Below are positions 30,890 to 40,827 of a stretch of DNA of 64,000 bases, in pieces. The stretch's first letter is position 1; every line of letters begins with the position of its first letter. Both the position numbers and the translations under genes were made by a program. The notes under the pieces were generated by a model. That model did not search any database and was not told where the DNA came from. It saw nothing but the letters and a program-made list of their open reading frames with translations. The stretch is from a virus. Its lineage: Duplodnaviria; Heunggongvirae; Uroviricota; Caudoviricetes. The stretch spans positions 28,944 through 92,943 of IMG/VR virus record IMGVR_UViG_3300028042_000001; one strand, 5' to 3'.

Positions 30890-32170
30890 ATGCAATCATT
30901 TACTACACATATAAATGAAGATAAAAAAAGATTTATTAGAAAAAATAAAAATATGAATAATTTTGAGAAAATTGAAATTATAAAATTCTTCCAAAAAAAC
31001 CGACAAGCAGAGAGTAAAGTAAATTGGAATAAATCTAAAGATATGACTTATGATGATTTTTTAGACATAATGATGCAATCTAAATTAGGTAGAAAAACTA
31101 ATCTCAAATGTAATAAAATTAAAGTTAAGAGTGCTGTAGAAGGTGAAGATTATGTTCATATTATAATGAAAACAAAAGAATATTGTGCTTATATACCTCT
31201 TAATTATGAGACTGCTAAAAAATTTAACACAAGGGAACTTGGTGTGTGTGGTGGCCCTTGGTGTATTGGTCATTCAGATACACCGTTTCATTGGAATTCT
31301 GAAATTATAGAATATAAACAAATACCTATATATATTGTAAATAAAAATTCTAAATGGATTGTGATGATTAAGGATAATAATAGAAATTATGATATATGGA
31401 GTGTAGAAAATAAACCCAATAAAACTCATGAAGGAATTCCTAATTTTTCTGTTAGGAAAGAACTTTTAAATTCAAACCAAAAAAATATGTATGATGAAAT
31501 ACGTGACGAATATTATAATGAAGATGAAATCGAAGAAATTGATATTGATGATGCTATTAATGATTATGAATCATTAGTAGAAGATATTGAAACTGCTAGA
31601 AATGATTTTAGCGAAGCATATGATGAATTTAATAATGAAGCATATCAGATTATATCTGATACAAAGATATGGTATCTTGCATCAATAGAAGAAAAAGAAG
31701 ATGAGAAAAAAGAAGATGAAGAAGAATTAGAACATTATAATAATGATATTAATAACGATGATCTAAATCAAGATGAAAAAGAATTAATAATTAATAGTAT
31801 TGAACAACTTGAAGAAGATATAGAATCTCTTAATTACGAAATAGAAGAACTTCAATCTGATTATGATACACTTGAAGATATAGCAGTATATGAAATGAAT
31901 GATTATGATATTAAATGGACAGAAGATCCACCGTATGAAGATGATATATTAAATAATTTACATTATCCTTCTGTATATGATTTTGATTATTCAGATTATT
32001 TAGAGTTAGCTGAAAATTATATGGATTTTTGGTCTGGTAGTGATAAAGGCACTGTTGATTCTGAAATTAATTTATATATACAATATGAATATGGTAGTAC
32101 TTCATTTGAATCAGCAATAGAATTATTAAGTGATTACGGATTATATCATCCAGAAATAGTAAATAACTAA
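30890..32170 (+). CDS. Putative internal head protein, paralog P3 (acidic tail)
   Basis: Leader MQSFTTHINE; shared N-domain (GEDY, AYIPLNY, WCIG, KW, Y.IW); strongly acidic C-half. Confidence 0.7.
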   Translation: MQSFTTHINEDKKRFIRKNKNMNNFEKIEIIKFFQKNRQAESKVNWNKSKDMTYDDFLDIMMQSKLGRKTNLKCNKIKVKSAVEGEDYVHIIMKTKEYCAYIPLNYETAKKFNTRELGVCGGPWCIGHSDTPFHWNSEIIEYKQIPIYIVNKNSKWIVMIKDNNRNYDIWSVENKPNKTHEGIPNFSVRKELLNSNQKNMYDEIRDEYYNEDEIEEIDIDDAINDYESLVEDIETARNDFSEAYDEFNNEAYQIISDTKIWYLASIEEKEDEKKEDEEELEHYNNDINNDDLNQDEKELIINSIEQLEEDIESLNYEIEELQSDYDTLEDIAVYEMNDYDIKWTEDPPYEDDILNNLHYPSVYDFDYSDYLELAENYMDFWSGSDKGTVDSEINLYIQYEYGSTSFESAIELLSDYGLYHPEIVNN

Positions 32171-32179
32171 GGAAAAAAA

Positions 32180-33553
32180 ATGAAATCATTTATAAAATAC
32201 ATAACAGAAGCAAATTATTCTAGATTTTTAAAGAAAAATAAAAATTTAAACACTGACCAAAGAAATGAAATTAATTATTTCTTTTCTAAAATTAATACTC
32301 AAGCAGGATCAAAAATAGATTGGCAAAATAAAAAAATCAGGAATATGACTTATGATGATTTTGAAAATATCATATTAAATTCTAAATCTGGAAGACGAAA
32401 AAATTTAAAATCTATTAATATTCCCGGAAAAAAAGGTGAAGATTATTGGCCTGTAAAATTAAAAACAAAAGGGTTTATAGCTAATATTCCTCTTAATCAT
32501 AAAACTGCAAATTATATGAATTCTTGTAAATATGGAACAATAGATGTTAATTATTGTATCGGATGGGGAGATGATGCTGAATATTGGGATAGTCACGTTA
32601 TTGATGATCAAGAATTACCTGTTTATATAATTGATGGTGATAGAAAATGGGTTGTTATTATTGATGATGGTAATCATTCATATCAAGTTTGGGATAAATT
32701 AAATCAAAGAGATATATCAAAAAGTAATAAAGAACCTATTCCCGGATTCTCTATCAAAAAAGAACTTCTTAATTCCCGGATGAAAAAGGTTTATGACGAG
32801 ATTAGAGAAGATTTTTATACAGAAGATGATAGAAATGATGAAAACGAACATGAATATGATAGATCTGATGCTATAAATGACTATAATGAATTTATTTCTA
32901 ATATTGAAAGTGCTAAAAAAGACTTAGAAGAAGGAAGAGATGAATATTATAAAATATTATCAGATACTTATAATGATACTCTTGAATACTATGAAAATCT
33001 TAGAGATGAATTTGAAGAGAAAATGACTTCTGCTGAAGAAAAAATGGATTCTGTTGAAGAAAAAAAAGATGAGTTAGATGGTATTATATCTGATGATTAT
33101 CCAGATAAAACTGAAGATGGTGTATATATGTATAAGTATAATGGATCGTATTGGACAATGGAACAATTAAATGTTTTATTTGATGATATATATGATTTAT
33201 TCCAAAAATATGAATCTCAAAAAGAAGATTTTGAAGAACAGTGGAATATATATGATGATGCTTATAATGAAATTGATGAAATTGATGATGGTGATGGATA
33301 TGAAATGTCTTCTAAATATGATGATTACGAATGGCAAGGTGATATACCAGAAGAATTTAGTTATGAACAAAATATTAATATTCCACATATTTCTTACTAT
33401 AATGAATATATAGATTTTCTTGAATATTTTGGTTTTACTATTGATGAGGATTATATTCAAGAAAAAATATGGTCATATATTTATGAAGATTCTTTATCAT
33501 CTGCTGAAGAAGCATTAAGTTCTGCTGGTTTATACACCCCGGAGGCAGATTAG
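32180..33553 (+). CDS. Putative internal head protein, paralog P4 (acidic tail)
   Basis: Leader MKSFIKYITE; shared N-domain; acidic C-half. Confidence 0.7.
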   Translation: MKSFIKYITEANYSRFLKKNKNLNTDQRNEINYFFSKINTQAGSKIDWQNKKIRNMTYDDFENIILNSKSGRRKNLKSINIPGKKGEDYWPVKLKTKGFIANIPLNHKTANYMNSCKYGTIDVNYCIGWGDDAEYWDSHVIDDQELPVYIIDGDRKWVVIIDDGNHSYQVWDKLNQRDISKSNKEPIPGFSIKKELLNSRMKKVYDEIREDFYTEDDRNDENEHEYDRSDAINDYNEFISNIESAKKDLEEGRDEYYKILSDTYNDTLEYYENLRDEFEEKMTSAEEKMDSVEEKKDELDGIISDDYPDKTEDGVYMYKYNGSYWTMEQLNVLFDDIYDLFQKYESQKEDFEEQWNIYDDAYNEIDEIDDGDGYEMSSKYDDYEWQGDIPEEFSYEQNINIPHISYYNEYIDFLEYFGFTIDEDYIQEKIWSYIYEDSLSSAEEALSSAGLYTPEAD

Positions 33554-34200
33554 ATGAAACATTTTAAAGATTATATATTAGAGGCAGATTATAGTAGATT
33601 CTTAAAAAAGAATAAACATTTATCTGATGATCAAAAAAATAAAATTAATATTTTTTTTAAATCAGATAAAAAAGCTGTGCAACAATTTGAAAAGAAATGG
33701 GGATGGCAATCTAAACATCCAAAAGAAATGAAGTGGCACGACTTCGAAAATATAATGATGAAATATAAATCTGGAAGACGAAAAAATTTAAAATCTATTA
33801 ATATTCCCGGAAAAAAAGGTGAAGATTATTGGCCTGTAAAATTAAAAACAAAAGGGTTTATAGCTAATATTCCTCTTAATCATAAAACTGCAAATTATAT
33901 GAATTCTTGTAAATATGGAACAATAGATGTTAATTATTGTATCGGATGGGGAGATGATGCTGAATATTGGGATAGTCACGTTATTGATGATCAAGAATTA
34001 CCTGTTTATATAATTGATGGTGATAGAAAATGGGTTGTTATTATTGATGATGGTAATCATTCATATCAAGTTTGGGATAAATTAAATCAAAGAGATATAT
34101 CAAAAAGTAATAAAGAACCTATTCCCGGATTCTCTATCAAAAAAGAACTTCTTAATTCCCGGATGAAAAAGGTTTATGACGAGATTAGAGAAGATTTTTA
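32383..34200 (+). repeat. 435-bp exact direct repeat (32383-32817 = 33766-34200) within P4 and P5
   Basis: Compared line by line by eye; identical at offset 1383. Confidence 0.85.
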
Positions 34201-34939
34201 CAATACATCAAATATTAGTACAGAAGAAGCAATAAATTCTTATAATGAAATAGTATCAGATATAAGAGTTTATGCTGTTAGTTTATATGAAGATGAACAA
34301 TATTATTATGAAAATATGGAAACAGTAAAAGATAATACATATGATAACTATATAAATCTAGCTGATGAAGCAGAAGGTATTGCAGAAGAACAATCAGGAT
34401 CTGCTCCTCCTATTTTTATAGAAAAAGTTGAATTAATTAAAAATATACTTAAAATTCATCCAAATGGAACAGATGTAGATTCTAATGGTGATCCTATTTG
34501 GATAATACGTAGGGTTAAATATAATAAAAAAGAACTTGAAGCTTTTATTGATGTTTATGAAAAAGAAATTAATAAACCATCTAAAGAACCAGATTATACA
34601 ACTCGTGATCATTTTATAAAACTTGCTAATATAATTAATGATATGAGTGTTTGGGATATGATCGAATATGATATGAATGGTGATGATGAAATAGAATGGG
34701 ATGAAGATGTTTATGAATATGAGGGTTGTTATGATTGTTATCAACCAGATCCTCATAACTCTGCATATGAACCTTATTTTGATTTTCTTGTTGGTAATAA
34801 TATTGATGTTGATATGGATTATGTGTTTTCTGATATGTATGAATTATCGGATGGTGGTAGTTGGGATGTTAATGATGAAGATATTAAAGATTGGATGAGT
34901 ATTAATGATATGCCACATCCAGATGATATAGGAGAATAA
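33554..34939 (+). CDS. Putative internal head protein, paralog P5 (mosaic of P2 and P4, acidic tail)
   Basis: Leader MKHFKDYILE; DNA-identical segments shared with P2 and P4. Confidence 0.7.
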   Translation: MKHFKDYILEADYSRFLKKNKHLSDDQKNKINIFFKSDKKAVQQFEKKWGWQSKHPKEMKWHDFENIMMKYKSGRRKNLKSINIPGKKGEDYWPVKLKTKGFIANIPLNHKTANYMNSCKYGTIDVNYCIGWGDDAEYWDSHVIDDQELPVYIIDGDRKWVVIIDDGNHSYQVWDKLNQRDISKSNKEPIPGFSIKKELLNSRMKKVYDEIREDFYNTSNISTEEAINSYNEIVSDIRVYAVSLYEDEQYYYENMETVKDNTYDNYINLADEAEGIAEEQSGSAPPIFIEKVELIKNILKIHPNGTDVDSNGDPIWIIRRVKYNKKELEAFIDVYEKEINKPSKEPDYTTRDHFIKLANIINDMSVWDMIEYDMNGDDEIEWDEDVYEYEGCYDCYQPDPHNSAYEPYFDFLVGNNIDVDMDYVFSDMYELSDGGSWDVNDEDIKDWMSINDMPHPDDIGE

Positions 34940-34941
34940 TA

Positions 34942-36528
34942 ATGAAATCATTTAGTGATGTTAATGAAATGGCAAGAAAAAATCCTGATCGTAATCCTCG
35001 TATTACATCATACCAGTATTTAATTGATAATGGATATAATACTAGTGATTATTTCTTCTCATTTACGAAGTTAAAGAAGGTTGGTATAAATCCATCTTCG
35101 AGGTATGACACTCCTAATGGTATATATTGTTTTCCTGCTGTAGAGATATTTAAAATAGTTAATGGTGATATGAATAATGTTCCTTATGTTAATGATGCTC
35201 CTTATATCCATGTATTAAAAAAGAAAGGCGGTGGTATTATAGATCCAATAGAAACCTATTCTAGGTCTGATTATCAAAAAGATATGGATAAATTACTCAA
35301 ATACATCACCAAACCAATTAAAGGGCATTTACCTATAAATAATGTTGGTAAAAGAGAAATTAAAGATATTATGGATGATGGTAAAAGATTATCAACAAAA
35401 CAAAATCCTTTCGGTTGGTTATGGAATACTACACGATTACTATCATTGGATAATGAAATTGCTAATCGTATGGGATGGAAAGGAGCAAAAAAAATAGATG
35501 GATATAAAGATTGGTATAGCGAAATAGATAAATGGCAATTCGACAAAAAAACTCATAAAAAGATAAGAAAACATAAAAATAAAAGAAAAGGAAAATTTAA
35601 AGAAAGATATGGGGTTAAGTATAGTTCTCAGGGATGGAATAATCTATTACGATTACTTGGTTATAATGGATTTGTTGATAGATCTGGTAGTGGTACTATA
35701 CATTCTAACGAACCAACTCAAGCGATGTTTCTTTCATCAAAATCATTTGATGTTGTTGATATGGTCGAGAATAAGAGTTATGAATTATTATATAGACAAC
35801 AAGGTATAGATGATACAATAAAAAAATTAGAAGATAAACATAATACTGTTATTATTTCAGGGGATTTGAATAAAAGTGCATTAGAAGGATTAAATAAATT
35901 ATCAAATGGAGATATAAGAGGTTGTAGAATAGAATATTATATGAATATATTTAATATTTTTGATGGTGAAATGAGTAATTTTGATATATTAGGTGATATA
36001 TTTCATTTAAATGGTGTAACCTTAGATAGCGGAAATTTTTATATTATGAGATATATAAAGGATTGTGTTATTACCGGAGGAAATTATGAAGATTGTGAAA
36101 TTAACTCATGTGAGGTTATATCAGGAAAATTTCATTCATGTGATTTTCCTGATACTAATGTTATAAACAATTCTACATTAATAAAATGTAAGCGATTAAA
36201 AAATCATATGATGTTTAATTGTAACTTTGATTCTTGTAGAACTTATGATTGTTCTTTTGGTAGTGGTTGTGCTGTTAATGATACATTAATATTTGGAGAT
36301 AAGAAAATATTACTTTTAGATAATAATGTTGCTTATATGGATTGTCAATTTAATAATGTTAGCATATCTAATGGTTTGTATAAAGAATTTAGAATAGAAC
36401 GATCTATTATTAAAAATGGTGAATTTAATACAGGAAGAATAAGTTCTTCTATTATTAAAGGTGGTGATTTTAAAGATACTGTATTTTACGAAACTGATTT
36501 TCAAGGCGGTAATATAATAGATGGCTAA
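34942..36528 (+). CDS. Putative internal head protein with ADP-ribosyltransferase-like N-domain and beta-helix-like C-terminal repeats
   Basis: Leader MKSFSDVNE; GINPSSRYDTPNGIYCFP; GYNGFVD...HSNEPTQAMF; I.GG.F-type repeats at the C-terminus. Confidence 0.5.
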   Translation: MKSFSDVNEMARKNPDRNPRITSYQYLIDNGYNTSDYFFSFTKLKKVGINPSSRYDTPNGIYCFPAVEIFKIVNGDMNNVPYVNDAPYIHVLKKKGGGIIDPIETYSRSDYQKDMDKLLKYITKPIKGHLPINNVGKREIKDIMDDGKRLSTKQNPFGWLWNTTRLLSLDNEIANRMGWKGAKKIDGYKDWYSEIDKWQFDKKTHKKIRKHKNKRKGKFKERYGVKYSSQGWNNLLRLLGYNGFVDRSGSGTIHSNEPTQAMFLSSKSFDVVDMVENKSYELLYRQQGIDDTIKKLEDKHNTVIISGDLNKSALEGLNKLSNGDIRGCRIEYYMNIFNIFDGEMSNFDILGDIFHLNGVTLDSGNFYIMRYIKDCVITGGNYEDCEINSCEVISGKFHSCDFPDTNVINNSTLIKCKRLKNHMMFNCNFDSCRTYDCSFGSGCAVNDTLIFGDKKILLLDNNVAYMDCQFNNVSISNGLYKEFRIERSIIKNGEFNTGRISSSIIKGGDFKDTVFYETDFQGGNIIDG

Positions 36529-38191
36529 AATATTAGAAAGAAAGGGAAAAAAGCTCGTTTATATGAATGATGCTCTTCTGAAAGCTTGTGGTGTCACTAT
36601 GGAATGGACACAAGAGGATTTAGATGAGTTTAATCGTTGTAGAGATGATGTTATATATTTTATAGAAACTTATATGAAAATTGTTCATATTGATCATGGT
36701 GTTGTTCCTTTTGATTTATATGATTATCAAAAGGAAGTTATTAAATTATATGATACTAATCGGTTTGTTACTTTAAAATTTCCAAGACAGAGTGGAAAAA
36801 CAATTACAACTGTTGGTTATTTATTACATTATATTCTTTTTAATGAACATAAAAATGTAGGTATTCTTGCTAACCGAGCAAAGACTGCTAGAGGTATTCT
36901 AAGCAAAGTTAAACAATCTTATAGACAACTACCTAAATTTCTTCAAAGTGGTGTTGTAGAGTGGAATAAAGGATCTATTGTGTTAGAAAATGGTTGTACT
37001 GTATTTGCTGATGCTACTTCAGAATCTGCTTCTCGATCTGAAGCAATTGCTCTTCTTATTCTTGATGAATTTGCTTTTGTTGAAAATAATAAAGCAGAAG
37101 AATTTATGAAATCTGTTTATCCTACTATTTCATCAGGTAAGACATCTAAGATTTTCGTATTTTCAACTCCTAATGGTATGAATCATTTCTATAAATTATG
37201 GACTGATGCTGTTGAAAAAAGAAACAGTTATGTTCCTTTTGAAATTCATTGGGCTGATGTTCCGGGAAGAGATGAAAAATTTAAAAAAGAAACTATTGCT
37301 AATATAGGAGAGGATGCATGGAGACAAGAATTTGAGATTGATTTCCTTGGATCTGCTGGTTCATTACTATCAGCTTCTACTATGGCTAGAATGGTTTATC
37401 AAACTCCATTGATGTCAAAAGAATATCTTACTATGTATTATGAACCTATTCCGGGTCATAATTATGTTACTACCGTTGATCCTTCTGAGGGATTAGGACT
37501 TGATTATTCTGTTGCAACTGTAACAGATGTTACTGAAATACCATATCAACAAGTAGCAGTTTATAGAAACAATTCTATTGATCCACATGTTTTTCCTGAT
37601 GTTATTTATAATTTAGCTAACTTATATAATGAGTCTTTTGTTTTAGTAGAAGCTAATAATATTGGTGCTGTTGTTTGTACTATATTGCATCATACATTGG
37701 AATATGAAAACCTTATACAAACAGCAACAAAAGGAAGAGCTGGACAAATAGTTTCTGGTGGGTTTGGAAATGATACTATAATTGGTGTAAAAACTACCCC
37801 TGCAACAAAACGTATTGGATGTGCTATTACTAAATCATTAATAGAATCGGATCAATATATAGTTAATGATTTTGAAACTATTAAAGAATTCACTACATTT
37901 GTCCGTCATTTAAATTCTTATCAAGCAGAAGAAGGATATACTGATGATATTTGTATGACTATTGTTTTGTTTTCATGGCTTATTAATAATGATTATTTTA
38001 AAGATATGTTAGAGAATAATGATATTCGTAAAAAAATAGCAGAAGGATCTAGATTAAATCATTTATTTGAAGCGTTAATTCCTTTTGGTCATATAGATGA
38101 TGGTTTGAATCAATCACATTTATTAGAAGATGGAACTCCTGATCATTTAAAGGATGGTGCTATTTGGGAATCTAAACCTATCGTTTGGTAA
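36521..38191 (+). CDS. gp17: Terminase large subunit, T4 gp17-like
   Basis: PRQSGKT Walker A, LILDEFAFV Walker B, STPNGMNHFY, VDPSEGLGLDYS, DDICMT. Confidence 0.97.
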   Translation: MAKILERKGKKLVYMNDALLKACGVTMEWTQEDLDEFNRCRDDVIYFIETYMKIVHIDHGVVPFDLYDYQKEVIKLYDTNRFVTLKFPRQSGKTITTVGYLLHYILFNEHKNVGILANRAKTARGILSKVKQSYRQLPKFLQSGVVEWNKGSIVLENGCTVFADATSESASRSEAIALLILDEFAFVENNKAEEFMKSVYPTISSGKTSKIFVFSTPNGMNHFYKLWTDAVEKRNSYVPFEIHWADVPGRDEKFKKETIANIGEDAWRQEFEIDFLGSAGSLLSASTMARMVYQTPLMSKEYLTMYYEPIPGHNYVTTVDPSEGLGLDYSVATVTDVTEIPYQQVAVYRNNSIDPHVFPDVIYNLANLYNESFVLVEANNIGAVVCTILHHTLEYENLIQTATKGRAGQIVSGGFGNDTIIGVKTTPATKRIGCAITKSLIESDQYIVNDFETIKEFTTFVRHLNSYQAEEGYTDDICMTIVLFSWLINNDYFKDMLENNDIRKKIAEGSRLNHLFEALIPFGHIDDGLNQSHLLEDGTPDHLKDGAIWESKPIVW

Positions 38192-38213
38192 AAGTGATCA
38201 AAAAACTCATTCG

Positions 38214-38221
38214 TATAAATA
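38214..38221 (+). promoter_or_regulatory. Late promoter TATAAATA for gp18
   Basis: Exact intergenic motif. Confidence 0.7.
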
Positions 38222-38294
38222 ATAATATAAGAAATCAAAGATTAGATTTTTTAAATCAAAAAACATATTTTCATTTAACAAAAGAGGTAAAATT

Positions 38295-40760
38295 ATGGGT
38301 ATGTCATTTATGTTAAGCCCCGGAGTCACTGTAAGAGAATGGGATTTGACTCAAATAATTCCACAAGTTGCTACTGCTGGTGCGGCTATAGTTGGTGCTT
38401 TTGAATGGGGGCCATTGGATAAATTTTCTTATGTCTCTGATGAAGAAGCTTTAGTAAGACAGTATGGAAGACCGACAGATGCAAATTTCGGTTATTGGTT
38501 CTGTGCTAAAAATTTCTTGGATTATTCAAGAAATCTTAAAGTAATTCGTGTTGTTGGTGAAGGAGCACAGAACTCTTATGATTCTACTGCTACTCCTGCT
38601 TCTCCTGTATTTATTAAAAATATTAATGATTGGCAGGATAATCATTCAATACCATCAGGAAATGATTGGGGTCAATTCGCTGGCCGATATCCTTCTATTG
38701 TTGCGGATGGTGTAGAAGTTCATATGGCAGATGAAGATACTTTTTCAACAGTTCAGGATGTAAAAATAATGAATGCTGGTTCTGGATATACAACTGCTGA
38801 TGATCATGGAAGAGATGTTGTTTTTACTGCTCCTTTTGATGGTGGTGTGAATGCTACAGGAACATTAAGAGTTGAAGCAGATGTTGTTACTGGTGTTGAT
38901 ATTACTTTAGCTGGATCTGGATATAGAAATCCTCCTGAAGTAACAATTCCTGCTCCAATGACATCTCAAGGAACTAATGCAGATATTAGTGTATCTTATG
39001 TTAATGAATCTGTTGATTCTTATACTATTGTTGATGGTGGAACAGGATATGATGGAACAGAAGGTATTTCTGTAGAAGCTCCTTCTAATGCTAATATAAA
39101 TGCTACTTTATCTGTTACTACTGATGGTGATGGTATTGATAGTATTACTATTACTGATGCTGGTTATGGTTATGATGGAACAGAAGTAATTACCATATCA
39201 GGTCTTGGTGCTGGTGCAACTGCTCAAATTGATACTGTTGCTGGTGGTGTTATTACTGCTGTAAGTATTAGTAATGCTGGAACTGGATACACAGGAACGC
39301 CTACAGCTATTGTTGCTAGTCCAACTAACACAGTAACACAAGCAACTGCATCTCTTGTTATTGTTTCAGGTTCTGTTACTTCTGTGACTATTGATAATGC
39401 TGGTTATGGTTATGATGGAACAGAAGTTATTACTGTTGATTCTCCTGTAATTACACAAGAGGAAACAGCTAAAGCAAATGCAAATCTTTGGGCATATTAT
39501 GACCAATTTTTAACAATTCCTAAAACAACAGAATATGTTCGTAAAAAGAATGGTTCTAATGATGGTATACATGTAGTTGTTGTTGATGGTACTGGTTCTA
39601 TTACTGGTGATAAAGGAAGAATTTTAGAGAGATACGCATTTTGTTCTAAAGCAAAAGATGCTACATTTGATGACGGAACAAGTTCTTTTTATCCTTATGT
39701 TCTTCGTGATCGTTCAAAATATGTATGGTTTGGTAATTATCCTGCTGGTATGGATTCCGGTGCAGGTTCATGGGGTAATCTTGCACATGATAGAACTTTT
39801 GAATCACTTACTTCTCCTGTTGCTGTAACTCTTGCTAGTGGTAGTTCTGGTAATATCCCTTCAAATAATGAATTGATTCCAGCATGGGATTTATTCAAAA
39901 ATGTAGAAGAAATTGATATTGGATTACTTATTACTGGCCCTGCTGATCGGGTTCTTCAGGATTATGTTATTCAGAATATTGCTGAATTTCGTAAAGATTG
40001 TGTTGCTTTTATTTCCCCTGAAGCTCTTAATTCTGGTGGAATTGGTACAGTAGTAAATGCAAAAGATAGAGAACTTGATAATCTTATGAGACAAAGAGGA
40101 GTTCTTCCTTCTTCATCTTATGGTGTATTCGATTGTAACTGGAAATATCAATTTGATACTTATAATGATACATTTAGATGGGTAGCTCTTAATGGTGATA
40201 TTGCTGGTCTTTGTGCTCGTACAGATGAAACTCGTGATCCTTGGTGGAGTCCTGCTGGTTATTCTCGTGGTCATATCAAGAATACTGTAAAGCTTGCATG
40301 GAATCCTAATCGTACTGCTCGTGATGAAATGTTTCCTAATAGCATTAATCCTGTTGTTTCTATGTTTGGAGAAGGAACTCTTCTTTATGGTGATAGAACA
40401 ATGCTTACACAACCTTCTGCATTTGATAGAATCAATGTTAGAAGATTGTTTATTGTTTTAGAAAAGGCAATTGCTAAAGCGGCTAAATATCTTTTATTTG
40501 AATTTAATGATACATTTACTCGTCTTAGATTTAAGCAAATGGTTGAACCATATCTTCGTGATGTTCAAGGAAGGCGTGGTATTTATGATTTTAATGTTGT
40601 ATGTGATGAAACAAATAATACACCATTTGTAATTGATAATAATGCATTTGTTGGGGATATTTATATTAAACCAGCAAGAAGTATTAACTTCATTACTTTG
40701 AATTTTGTTGCTACTGGTACAGGTGTTGTTTTTGATGAAATTATTGGTCAGTTCGGTTAA
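38295..40760 (+). CDS. gp18: Tail sheath protein, T4 gp18-like, with central insertion
   Basis: LSPGVTVREWDLT, GAFEWGP, DPWWSPAG..RG, FDRINVRRLF, IKPARSINFITLNFVA. Confidence 0.97.
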   Translation: MGMSFMLSPGVTVREWDLTQIIPQVATAGAAIVGAFEWGPLDKFSYVSDEEALVRQYGRPTDANFGYWFCAKNFLDYSRNLKVIRVVGEGAQNSYDSTATPASPVFIKNINDWQDNHSIPSGNDWGQFAGRYPSIVADGVEVHMADEDTFSTVQDVKIMNAGSGYTTADDHGRDVVFTAPFDGGVNATGTLRVEADVVTGVDITLAGSGYRNPPEVTIPAPMTSQGTNADISVSYVNESVDSYTIVDGGTGYDGTEGISVEAPSNANINATLSVTTDGDGIDSITITDAGYGYDGTEVITISGLGAGATAQIDTVAGGVITAVSISNAGTGYTGTPTAIVASPTNTVTQATASLVIVSGSVTSVTIDNAGYGYDGTEVITVDSPVITQEETAKANANLWAYYDQFLTIPKTTEYVRKKNGSNDGIHVVVVDGTGSITGDKGRILERYAFCSKAKDATFDDGTSSFYPYVLRDRSKYVWFGNYPAGMDSGAGSWGNLAHDRTFESLTSPVAVTLASGSSGNIPSNNELIPAWDLFKNVEEIDIGLLITGPADRVLQDYVIQNIAEFRKDCVAFISPEALNSGGIGTVVNAKDRELDNLMRQRGVLPSSSYGVFDCNWKYQFDTYNDTFRWVALNGDIAGLCARTDETRDPWWSPAGYSRGHIKNTVKLAWNPNRTARDEMFPNSINPVVSMFGEGTLLYGDRTMLTQPSAFDRINVRRLFIVLEKAIAKAAKYLLFEFNDTFTRLRFKQMVEPYLRDVQGRRGIYDFNVVCDETNNTPFVIDNNAFVGDIYIKPARSINFITLNFVATGTGVVFDEIIGQFG

Positions 40761-40768
40761 TAAATAAT

Positions 40769-40802
40769 AATGAGGGAATATATTGTGTATTCCCTCATTT
40801 TC
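40769..40802 (+). terminator. Hairpin with T run between gp18 and gp19
   Basis: AATGAGGGAATA / TATTCCCTCATT perfect 12-bp stem followed by T's. Confidence 0.65.
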
Positions 40803-40827
40803 AGTAAAATATTTTTAGGAGAAAAAA

